From contig JBFWVL010000001.1 in NCBI GenBank assembly GCA_050246755.1, positions 1,376,001 to 1,440,000 on the forward strand: DNA of 64,000 nt. Reading direction: 5' to 3'. Each line of letters begins with the position of its first letter. Within the stretch, counting starts at the first letter, position 1. The notes beneath the pieces were generated by a model. The model saw only the letters and a list, made by a program, of their open reading frames with translations. It was not told the origin of the DNA and did not search any database. Origin of the DNA: Bacteriovoracia bacterium (GTDB lineage: Bacteria > Bdellovibrionota > UBA1018 > CAIPTA01). Shown piece by piece: positions 32,323-40,765 of the stretch. The translations under genes were made by a program, and so were the position numbers.

Positions 32323-32835
32323 CTATTCTCCCTCAGCCCGCTCCTGGCGGTTTTTTTCGGACTCGAAAACCAGGCTGACCATCAATAAAAATACGCCGCA
32401 GCAGATCGCGCTATCGGCAAGATTGAAGGCCGGAAAATGCATGCGCTCATGCCAGTGAAAATCGAGAAAATCCACTACGTAGCCGAGCCGTAGGCGATCG
32501 GCCAAATTCCCGAATGCGCCACCCACGATGAGAGAAAGCGAAAAAATGCTGAGATGCTGATTCTCTTTCAGACGATAAAATACCACGAAGATCACGGATA
32601 GCATGGCGATGGGAACCACGAAGAAAAATGGCTCCCGCCAGGTGGGGCCAAGAGTGGCCAGCAGGCCGAACGCCGCGCCCGCGTTGTGCACGCGGGTAAG
32701 ATTAAAGAAATTTTCCAGTACCACGATGCTTTCGCCCAAATGAAAGCGGCTCATCACCAGAAATTTAAATAGCTGATCGAAGGCCGTAAGCATGCCGGTG
32801 AGCGCGAGTAAAATGAGGTATTTGCGAGGAACCAT
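32323..32835 (-). CDS. lspA: Lipoprotein signal peptidase
   Basis: DQLFK, NAGAAFG, GGAFGNLADR, VVDF, FNLAD. Confidence 0.97.
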   Translation of the reverse strand: MVPRKYLILLALTGMLTAFDQLFKFLVMSRFHLGESIVVLENFFNLTRVHNAGAAFGLLATLGPTWREPFFFVVPIAMLSVIFVVFYRLKENQHLSIFSLSLIVGGAFGNLADRLRLGYVVDFLDFHWHERMHFPAFNLADSAICCGVFLLMVSLVFESEKNRQERAEGE

Positions 32836-32881
32836 TCCTCCTCCAAAATACCTCGTTTTGCGAAGCGCGCCAATAGGCGGC

Positions 32882-34318
32882 TTAGTCTTCGCTATCTTGG
32901 TAGTCTTTTGCGGTTAGACCGTACTTCTCCAGCTTACGTAAAAGGGTTTTCTTGGGAATATTGGCGTGTAAGGCGGTCTGATTGATCCGGCCGTTAAACA
33001 CCTTGAGGGCGCTCATGATGAAGTGCTTCTCGAATTCCTCTTTTTGGCTCTGGAAATCGAGATTGCTAAGGTCGATGGAATAGCTCAGGCCTTCTTCTTT
33101 CCCGCTGCTCTTCACGTTGTCGGACGCGATGGAGGATTTACCCACGCGCGAGAGTCCGCGAATGGAATCGGGCAAGGAAGCGGCGGTGATCTCTTGGGTG
33201 GATTCGATCACGAACGCGTGCTCCATCACGTTCTCGAGTTCGCGGATATTTCCGGGCCAGTTGTATTTCATTAGTAGTCCGCTAGCTTCTTCATTCACGC
33301 CGGTGATCTTCTTGCCGTAGGTGCCGTTGAACTTGTCGAGGAAATGCTGCACCAGCGCGAGGATATCGTCTTTGCGCTCGCGGAGAGGGGGCAGGAAGAT
33401 GGGCAATACGTTCAGGCGATAGAATAAATCCTCGCGGAATTCGCCCTTCTTGATCATTTCTTCCAGATTGCGGTTCGTGGCGGCGATGATGCGCACGCTT
33501 ACCTCGATTTCGCGGTTCGATCCCACGGGAGTGAACTTCTGCTCCTGGAGCGCGCGCAACAGTTTTACCTGCAGGGCGGGAGAGATATCACCGATCTCGT
33601 CGAGGAAGAGGGTGCCTCCGTCGGCGTACTGGAATTTTCCGATCTTGCGGCCGTCGGCCCCGGTGAAGGCGCCCTTTTCGTGGCCGAAAAATTCGCTTTC
33701 GATGAGGGCTTCGGGAATCGCGCTGCAGTTGATCGCCACGAAGCGCTCATCTTTGCGGGGGCCGTTCATGTGAATGGCCTTGGCCACGAGTTCTTTACCG
33801 GTACCGCTTTCGCCACGCACGAGCACCGAGGTGTCTACGCGCGCGAGTTTATCGATCATGGTGAAGAGGCGCTTCATCTCGGTGGAGCTGCCCACGAGGC
33901 CCTTGTTCTCGCCGGCGCTCACCACGGGAGCGGAGAAGCTCACGGCGCGCACGATCGAATGCGCTTTGAGGGCGCGGTCCACGAGGGACACGAGGTCTTC
34001 GCTCTTAATGGGTTTTTCGAGGTAGTTGTAGGCTCCCTGGCGAACGGCGTCCACCGCATCTTTCACGTTGGAATAGGCGGTGAGCATCAGCACGATGATG
34101 CTGTTATCGTAGGCCTTTATTTGCTTCAAGGCTTCGAGTCCCGACAGCTTGGGCATGTTCACGTCGAGCAGCACGAGATCGTACTTGCCCGTCATCACCT
34201 TGTTCACGGCTTCCTCGCCGTCGCAGGCTTGGTCCACTACGAAGTGTTGTTCCGCGAAGGCGGAACTTACGGTTAAACGGAGGGCGTTGTCATCATCTAC
34301 TACTAGTACGCGAAACAT
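32882..34318 (-). CDS. Sigma54-dependent response regulator (NtrC family)
   Basis: REC domain (VVDDD, LLDVNMP), GESGTGKE, GAFTGA, FLDEIGD, WPGNIREL, C-terminal HTH. Confidence 0.96.
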   Translation of the reverse strand: MFRVLVVDDDNALRLTVSSAFAEQHFVVDQACDGEEAVNKVMTGKYDLVLLDVNMPKLSGLEALKQIKAYDNSIIVLMLTAYSNVKDAVDAVRQGAYNYLEKPIKSEDLVSLVDRALKAHSIVRAVSFSAPVVSAGENKGLVGSSTEMKRLFTMIDKLARVDTSVLVRGESGTGKELVAKAIHMNGPRKDERFVAINCSAIPEALIESEFFGHEKGAFTGADGRKIGKFQYADGGTLFLDEIGDISPALQVKLLRALQEQKFTPVGSNREIEVSVRIIAATNRNLEEMIKKGEFREDLFYRLNVLPIFLPPLRERKDDILALVQHFLDKFNGTYGKKITGVNEEASGLLMKYNWPGNIRELENVMEHAFVIESTQEITAASLPDSIRGLSRVGKSSIASDNVKSSGKEEGLSYSIDLSNLDFQSQKEEFEKHFIMSALKVFNGRINQTALHANIPKKTLLRKLEKYGLTAKDYQDSED

Positions 34319-34328
34319 AAGTACCTCT

Positions 34329-36227
34329 TTACTGCTCCGCCCGGATGGGCAAATGAATGGAAAACTTACTGCCTTGGCCTTGCTCGGAAATCGCTTCTAC
34401 CGTGCCGCGGTGAAGCTCGATAAAATATTTAGAAAGGTAGAGCCCGAGCCCGCTCCCCTTGGTTTGGTCTCCCGGAATAGATTTTCCACGGTAGAACTTG
34501 GTGAATAATTGTTCTTGTTCCTCGGTGTCGAGCCCGGGACCATTGTCTTCCACGGTGATTTCCACGAATTCTCCCACCTCGCGGGACCGGATTTTCACCC
34601 GCGATCCGGAGGGGCTATACTTGATCGCGTTGTCGATGATGTTCGTGAATACCTGGATCAACAGCGCCGAATCGAGGGGGATGGGGAAAAGGGTATCGAG
34701 CTGCATGTCGATCTCCACGCCCTTGGCTTGCGCTTGAAACGAGAGCTTTTCCACGCATTTTTCGATGAGCTTATTCACGTCGCGGGTGCGCTTATTCAGC
34801 TTCAGGTTATTTGATTCTACCTTCGTGAGGTTGAGGATCTTAGAAATAAATTTATCGAGATTCTCGGTGGAATCGATAATCTGTTTCACCTCTCCGCGCT
34901 GCTGCTCGGGAAGGCCGGGGGCGCGCAGGATCATCTCCGCGATACCCTGAATGCGGGCCACGGGAGTTTTCAAATCGTGGCTCATGAGCGAGAGGAAATT
35001 ACCTTTCATCTCTTCCACCTGCACGAGGAGGTCGTGCTTTTCCTGAACTTCCCAGCGCTTTTTGTATTCAAGAATGGCGCGGTAGGGAACGATCAAATAG
35101 TAGGTGAAGAACATGGCGAGAAAGGGATGCACGAGAGGTAGCCAGTAGCCTGCGCGAAAAAGCCAGAGCGACACGAGAAAGAGCGTTCCGGAAAGTACCA
35201 CTAGCGCGAACACTCCGCGCGAAGGGCTCATGCCGATGGCCACGAAAGCCAGAGCGAGGGCGAGCCCGAACGTGATAAGGCCGTCCACCTGGTCGGGCAC
35301 GCTGATCATGCCGCGGTTTTTAAGGAGGGTGTCTAGCAGGGAAGCGTGCACGAAAATTCGGGGGTTCGAGTAAATTACGCGAGAAAAAGGCGTATAGGCG
35401 AAGTCGCTCATCGTGTCTCGGCGCATGGTGTCTACCAAGATAATTTTTCCGGCCAAGTCTCCCAGGCCGCGGTTGTCGAGTACGTTGCGGAAAGAAAGCT
35501 GGGTAAAGGCCCCTTCCGAAATCTCGGTGGGCTGAGGATAACGAATCAGCAGATGCCAGGATTCGGCGGGCTCGTAGAAATAGGCGCCGCGGAGTTGCTG
35601 GGATTTTTTGATGAGCTCCTCGCGGGATAGCTCGGGAAAGGCCACGCGCATGTGCACGGAGGGATCGCCCATTACCGTTAAGAGGCCCCGGCGCATCACT
35701 TTATCTTCGGCGAACATGGTTCCGTCTTTATGAAGCACGGAGGGAGAATGGGGAAGCAAACTCAGGGGATAAGGAGGTAATACTTCCCCGCCCAGATCCA
35801 CGTCGCTGCCGAAATATACTTGAGTCCCGGCGGCGCGCGCTTGGCGGGCGATCTCCACGAAACGCTCCGAGGCGGAAGGCTTCGTTTCCACGTCGGTAGC
35901 GTCAAATTTATTTAGGTATACCACCGCGCGAGGCTTGGCCCGCAAAAGGTGCTCGAGCGCGAGCGCGTGCGCCTCGATGGAATCAAGATCGGTACCCCGC
36001 CATTCGCCCTTTTCTGATAGGGGCAAAAGTACGATATCGGGGTGCACGGTTTCCGTGCCTTTCCAGCGCATACGGAGGTCGTAGAAATAGGCCTCTACAC
36101 GGAAAAGGTTCGTATTTAGGGAAACGAGCGCCAATAGCAAAGCGATGCTGAAGCTAAGGAATAGCTGGGAAGCCGCGAAGGGCTTAAGGGTTTGAATTAG
36201 CGCAAAAAACTTACGTTTCATCATCAT
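34329..36227 (-). CDS. CHASE2-domain sensor histidine kinase
   Basis: YDLRMR...HPDIVL CHASE2-like start, three transmembrane helices, SHDLKTP H-box, DNAIKYS, DNGPG, GSGLGL; start re-called at the MMM codons. Confidence 0.9.
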   Translation of the reverse strand: MMMKRKFFALIQTLKPFAASQLFLSFSIALLLALVSLNTNLFRVEAYFYDLRMRWKGTETVHPDIVLLPLSEKGEWRGTDLDSIEAHALALEHLLRAKPRAVVYLNKFDATDVETKPSASERFVEIARQARAAGTQVYFGSDVDLGGEVLPPYPLSLLPHSPSVLHKDGTMFAEDKVMRRGLLTVMGDPSVHMRVAFPELSREELIKKSQQLRGAYFYEPAESWHLLIRYPQPTEISEGAFTQLSFRNVLDNRGLGDLAGKIILVDTMRRDTMSDFAYTPFSRVIYSNPRIFVHASLLDTLLKNRGMISVPDQVDGLITFGLALALAFVAIGMSPSRGVFALVVLSGTLFLVSLWLFRAGYWLPLVHPFLAMFFTYYLIVPYRAILEYKKRWEVQEKHDLLVQVEEMKGNFLSLMSHDLKTPVARIQGIAEMILRAPGLPEQQRGEVKQIIDSTENLDKFISKILNLTKVESNNLKLNKRTRDVNKLIEKCVEKLSFQAQAKGVEIDMQLDTLFPIPLDSALLIQVFTNIIDNAIKYSPSGSRVKIRSREVGEFVEITVEDNGPGLDTEEQEQLFTKFYRGKSIPGDQTKGSGLGLYLSKYFIELHRGTVEAISEQGQGSKFSIHLPIRAEQ

Positions 36228-36380
36228 AGGTGGCCGTTGGGGCACCCCCCCTGCGCAACATTTGAGCCAAAAATATCCCGGCGGCGGAATATTTTTCCTG
36301 AGGAGTTTCGCGCTCTTCTTTAGTTCTTGCTTCAAAGCGACGATAGGAAATTGCCTATCTTTTAGACGGACGCGCAGAGC

Positions 36381-37346
36381 ATGAACAAGATACCCAAAGA
36401 CCAGCCTTTAATCGTTCTCAGTATTGGGACCAAGATCCTCATGAAGGATGTGATGGACCAGTACCTGCGCAGCTTGGGCGAAGTGAAAACCTATTACGCT
36501 GCCAAAATGAGCATGGCGGTGGAAAGCTTCCGCGAAAAAAAGCCAAATATCATTTTTTGCGAGCAGGCATTTGGCGAAGGCAGCGCTCTCGAGCTGATCC
36601 GGCAAATCGGTGGCCTTCCCCAGTCGGGGGACCAGTACTTCGTGCTGGCTACTGAGCAGAGCTCAGACGAGCTCATGGCCCTTTCGGCTGAAGAAGGAAT
36701 CGACGAAATTCTGGTGAAGCCTTTTTCCACCGAAACAATTCACCAGATAGTGGAGCGCTATTTCGATAAAAAGTCGGCCGCTGATCTGGATTGGATCAAA
36801 GATTTAAGGATGGCCAGGAAATCGTTCGAAGAAAAGCGCTTTCAGGAATCCGACGAGCTCTTCGGGGCCGCGGCCCGCAAATACGCGCAAAATATCAACG
36901 TGCAGCTCGAGTGTTCCGCGCATTTTCTCGAGCGCGGAAATGCGGAGCGAGCGGAAAAGCTCGTACAGTGGGTAATAGAAACTTCAATGGAAAACCCACG
37001 CGCCCTGCAACTTGCGGGGATGGCGCTGAAAAAGCTCGGCCGTTTCCGCGAAGCGGTGGACCGGTTTCGCCGCGCCGACAAGCTGAGCCCGCTCAATAGC
37101 ATCCGTCACGCCGAGCTGGCTGAAACGTATATGCTAATGGCGGAAGAACTTGTTCAGGCGGCGCTAAAGAGCGAGAACGAGAGCTCCACCCTTATCCTTA
37201 AGAAGGCCAAGCTGCACCTAATGCGCAATGACTATGCGGGAGTGGTAACTTACCTCGATGCAAAACGCGCTTTTCTGAGTGAAGCCGGAAAAAAAGAAGC
37301 GGACGCATACACTGCATTAGCGAAAAAACTCGGTGGCTTTAAGTAG
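36381..37346 (+). CDS. Atypical receiver-domain plus TPR protein
   Basis: REC-like fold (PNIIFCE, ILVKPF) lacking the canonical Asp residues; TPR-like helical C-terminus. Confidence 0.75.
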   Translation: MNKIPKDQPLIVLSIGTKILMKDVMDQYLRSLGEVKTYYAAKMSMAVESFREKKPNIIFCEQAFGEGSALELIRQIGGLPQSGDQYFVLATEQSSDELMALSAEEGIDEILVKPFSTETIHQIVERYFDKKSAADLDWIKDLRMARKSFEEKRFQESDELFGAAARKYAQNINVQLECSAHFLERGNAERAEKLVQWVIETSMENPRALQLAGMALKKLGRFREAVDRFRRADKLSPLNSIRHAELAETYMLMAEELVQAALKSENESSTLILKKAKLHLMRNDYAGVVTYLDAKRAFLSEAGKKEADAYTALAKKLGGFK

Positions 37347-38157
37347 GGCTTAGTTTCAAAATCTGGCGGGCCTCGGCCGGGCTCGCCACTTCTCGCTGCA
37401 GCAAGCGGGAAAGATCGGCGATCCGCTTCACGAGCTGCGCATTGCTCTCGGCCAGCACTCCCTTGGAGAAATACAAATTATCTTCGAATCCTACGCGCAC
37501 GTGCCCGCCGCTGACGATCGCGAGCGGCGCCACCTGCAGCTGAAATCGCCCTACGCCCGCCACCGCGAAGGTGGATCCTGTGGGAAGCTTAGATTTCATG
37601 TGAAACAAATTTTCTGGCGCGCCGGAAATACCGTGCTTGGTTCCCAACACGAATTGAAAATGGGCGGGCTCGGCGATCACGCCACTCTTAACGAGGCTCA
37701 CCCCGTATTCCAGCATGCCTAGATCGTAGACTTCGATTTCCGGCTTAATATTTAATTTCTTCATCGCGGAGGCGAGGGCTTCTACGTCTTTGGGAAGATT
37801 TTCGAATACTTCGTCGCCGAAATTAATCGAGCCCACGTTTAGCGAAGCCATCTCGGGCTTAAGATTCAAGGGAGCGAGGCGTTCCGAAACGGGAGTGCCC
37901 ACGGCGCCGCCGGTGGAGTATTGCAAAATTAAATCGCAGCGATCGCGGATCAGCTTACTCACCTTGGCGAAAAGTTCCGATGATTGGCTCGGTTTTTCTT
38001 TATCATCGCGCACGTGCAGGTGCACAATCGCGGCGCCGGCCTGCCAGCAGGCGTAGGCGGCCTCGGCCTGTTCCTCGGGAGAGCAGGGCAATTTCGGGTT
38101 CATGGCTTTCGTGGTTTCCGCACCCGTGATGGCGGCGGTAATAATCAGTTTCGACAT
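37339..38157 (-). CDS. kce: 3-keto-5-aminohexanoate cleavage enzyme
   Basis: KLIITAAITGAE, HLHVRD, STGGAVG, RVGFEDN; lysine-pathway context. Confidence 0.93.
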   Translation of the reverse strand: MSKLIITAAITGAETTKAMNPKLPCSPEEQAEAAYACWQAGAAIVHLHVRDDKEKPSQSSELFAKVSKLIRDRCDLILQYSTGGAVGTPVSERLAPLNLKPEMASLNVGSINFGDEVFENLPKDVEALASAMKKLNIKPEIEVYDLGMLEYGVSLVKSGVIAEPAHFQFVLGTKHGISGAPENLFHMKSKLPTGSTFAVAGVGRFQLQVAPLAIVSGGHVRVGFEDNLYFSKGVLAESNAQLVKRIADLSRLLQREVASPAEARQILKLSPT

Positions 38158-38202
38158 CACTCTATCTCACGCGCCCAAGCGGAATTTGTCAACGGCGCGT
38201 TG

Positions 38203-39099
38203 CTACCGGATAATTTCGTGCACCAGGGAGTAGAGTGCCTTTGGTAAATGCTCGAGCTGGGCCACGCGCACGTATTGCCCGCGGCCCTGGCGGGCAAGGT
38301 TGCGGCAAAACCGGGTGCTTGCCCAGGGATTGCCCGTTTGCACCATATGTAGGCGCGGCAATCGCGGAACGATATGTTCTGGATTTTTCCCGGCCGTAAA
38401 CCTGCCGTCGGTCATGAGAATCACGGCTTTCTTGGGTAGTTTTCCTGAGGCGGCTTCTTTTTCGGCTTCGATCAGCCCCGCTTCGATATTGGTGAGGCCG
38501 CGTGCCGGAACCTCCATGAATTTCTCGAGAATTTGGTAGATATCCATTTTCACGCCGAGAGGCTTGATCACGGTGGCGTCGGATTCGAAAACCACGACGG
38601 CGAGATCTTCGGGATCGAGCTGCAGGGCAATCACGGCCAGCGCCACCGCATTAATTGCTAATTTTCGCCCCGTCATGGAAAGGCTGGTGTCGAGGCAGAC
38701 AATTACCTCCGCGCGACGGGGTTCTTTTCTCTCCACGATGAGATCTTGCAGCGTGGGATCTTCTTCGAGCGAAGCTTCGAGGTCGAACTCTTCCTGGGGA
38801 TGCAGGTTCCATGCGTCGTTTACCAGAGAATATGGCCTCTGCACGGCCCCCATCACGGCCAGAGCTTTGCGAACAATGGCGCGGATGGCTGCCGCGCGGA
38901 TCTTCGCGCGTTTCACCTCGTCGAGACGTTTCTTGATTTCGTGGTAGTGGAGAGCTTTATCCCAATCGGATTGTGAAAGATTTTCTACGGCCCCATCACC
39001 TTCGTCGGAAAGAATTTCGGGGGGGAAGAATTTTATTTCCGGCTCGGTGGCATCGGAGGGAAGATCGCCGTATTCGAGCTCAATTAACTTGTCCGGCTT
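38203..39099 (-). CDS. vWA (MIDAS) domain ORF; probably the C-terminal half of a frameshifted AAA+-vWA fusion
   Basis: DTSLS MIDAS motif, GLTNI, MTDG. The frame stays open 61 codons upstream of the GTG at 38916, into the A10 run at 39098-39107. Confidence 0.85.
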   Translation of the reverse strand, partial: KPDKLIELEYGDLPSDATEPEIKFFPPEILSDEGDGAVENLSQSDWDKALHYHEIKKRLDEVKRAKIRAAAIRAIVRKALAVMGAVQRPYSLVNDAWNLHPQEEFDLEASLEEDPTLQDLIVERKEPRRAEVIVCLDTSLSMTGRKLAINAVALAVIALQLDPEDLAVVVFESDATVIKPLGVKMDIYQILEKFMEVPARGLTNIEAGLIEAEKEAASGKLPKKAVILMTDGRFTAGKNPEHIVPRLPRLHMVQTGNPWASTRFCRNLARQGRGQYVRVAQLEHLPKALYSLVHEIIR

Positions 39100-39959
39100 T
39101 TTTTTTTGGCTTGTTCGGCGATTTGCTCGATGGCCTTCTGGAATCCCAGCTCAGTTCCTTCTTCGGTAAGCTCCACGCGCGTAGGCAGGGCAAGCAACGC
39201 AGCGCGAATAAAAGACTCCCATTCCCCGCCAAGACTCTGGGCGATATCGTAGATACTGATCGCCGCGCGGATACTGGCGCCGCGCTTGAAGAGCACCGAG
39301 CTTCTAGTGCCACGCACGAGTTGCACGCTCCACTCGAGAAGCTGGTTATCCGCTTTTCCTTTTTCGCGGAAGCTCGAGGCGCGCTGAAGAATACCACGTT
39401 CTTCATTTTCGCTCTGGTAGTGAAGAGAAATGAGCTCAAAGCGATCTAGCAAGGCTTCGCTGAGATGGCTTGTGGCCACGAACTCGCGGGGGTTCTGCGT
39501 GGCGATCACGGTGAAGCCTTCTTTAGCCTTCAAGGTGCCGATACGTGGAATTTCAATTTTGCGTTCATCTAGGGCGGGAAGCAGAACGTTCTGCACGCCC
39601 TCAGGCATCCGGTTAAGCTCGTTGATGAAAAGGATAGAGCCCTTGCGAAGCGCCTGCGCCAACGGGCCGTCGAAATAGGAATCCGCGCCGTAACCTTTTT
39701 TCAGCACGGTAGGAGGATCAAACCAACCGGTGAGTTTTTGTTCGGTATAACGGGAATCCCCGTCTACGCGAATCACTTCCTTGCCCAGTAGCTCCGCCAC
39801 CGCGGCCACCAAGAAGGTTTTTCCTACGCCCACGGGCCCTTCGAGCAAAACATGCTTGCCGGCGCCCACGCAGTGCACGAGGTTTTCCACTTCGCGTTCA
39901 CGGCCTACCAGACCATATTTCTCGTGAAGGGTTTTTAGGATTTGGGCGGCGGACTTCAC
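39084..39959 (-). CDS. MoxR-type AAA+ ATPase
   Basis: GTG start overlapping the kamE stop; Walker A GPVGVGKT, variant Walker B ILFINE, ATQNP, LSEALLDRF. Confidence 0.92.
   Translation of the reverse strand: MKSAAQILKTLHEKYGLVGREREVENLVHCVGAGKHVLLEGPVGVGKTFLVAAVAELLGKEVIRVDGDSRYTEQKLTGWFDPPTVLKKGYGADSYFDGPLAQALRKGSILFINELNRMPEGVQNVLLPALDERKIEIPRIGTLKAKEGFTVIATQNPREFVATSHLSEALLDRFELISLHYQSENEERGILQRASSFREKGKADNQLLEWSVQLVRGTRSSVLFKRGASIRAAISIYDIAQSLGGEWESFIRAALLALPTRVELTEEGTELGFQKAIEQIAEQAKKKSRTS
39098..39107 (-). other. A10 homopolymer: candidate transcriptional-slippage or -1 frameshift site
   Basis: Minus strand GCC AAA AAA AAA AGC CGG ACA AGT TAA; the -1 frame AAG CCG GAC... runs without a stop into the vWA domain. 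Confidence 0.65.
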
Positions 39960-40765
39960 TTCTTGGCCTTCTTTCGGCGAATCATTTCGTCTACCACGTA
40001 GCTTGCCACATGGGAGGGGAGAGTTCCAGGCCCGAAGCCGGCATCGAGGCCGCACTCGATCGCGGTGGGGTGATTGAGGCGCGGGCCTCCCGCTACGAAA
40101 ATAAATCTCTCGCGCAGCCCCTGCTTCTCGGCGAGCGCCATGAGATTTTTTAGATTATCGATGTGGCAGTCTTTTTCGTCCACGATCTGGGAAACTAGGA
40201 TCGCATCGGCATCGGTTTCTACCGCGATCTTCAGAAGATCTTCGTTCAGAACCTGCGCGCCTAGATTGCGCGCATCGAATCCTGAATAGCGCTCGAGGCC
40301 ATAGTCGCCCTTATAGCCCTTCATGTTGAAAATCGCGTCGATGCCCACGGTATGGGCGTCGAACCCAGTGGTGGCGCCGAGGATCACGATCTTGCGTTTG
40401 ATTTCCTTTTTAATGAGATCGTTAATCTCGTAGAAGCTCTTGAACTCGGTTTCCACTTTCAGCACGTGAATTTTGGTGAAATCCACGGAGTGCGTAGTGG
40501 CACCGTAGGCCACGTAAAAGCTGAATCCCTCGGAAGGCTTTTCCATCGCCACCACTTTGATGTCTTGGAATCCCATCTTACGCATAAACTCCCGCGCGGC
40601 CTCCTCGGCCTCGGGGGAGGGGTTGAGCGGCAGGGTGAAAGAAACCTGCATGCGCCCATCGTTCATGGCGTCGCCGTAAGGTTTAATATTTTTCAGGTCC
40701 ACCATCTTTACGGAGGGATGGTCGGGAGCGCCATATGGAAGAAATTGGGTTTCTTTCTTATCCAT
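39956..40765 (-). CDS. kamE: Lysine 5,6-aminomutase beta subunit
   Basis: KPYGDAMNDGRMQVSFTLP, B12-binding DAHTVG, MKGYKGDYGLERY PLP-Lys region; GGAGG RBS before ATG 40765. Confidence 0.95.
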   Translation of the reverse strand: MDKKETQFLPYGAPDHPSVKMVDLKNIKPYGDAMNDGRMQVSFTLPLNPSPEAEEAAREFMRKMGFQDIKVVAMEKPSEGFSFYVAYGATTHSVDFTKIHVLKVETEFKSFYEINDLIKKEIKRKIVILGATTGFDAHTVGIDAIFNMKGYKGDYGLERYSGFDARNLGAQVLNEDLLKIAVETDADAILVSQIVDEKDCHIDNLKNLMALAEKQGLRERFIFVAGGPRLNHPTAIECGLDAGFGPGTLPSHVASYVVDEMIRRKKAKK

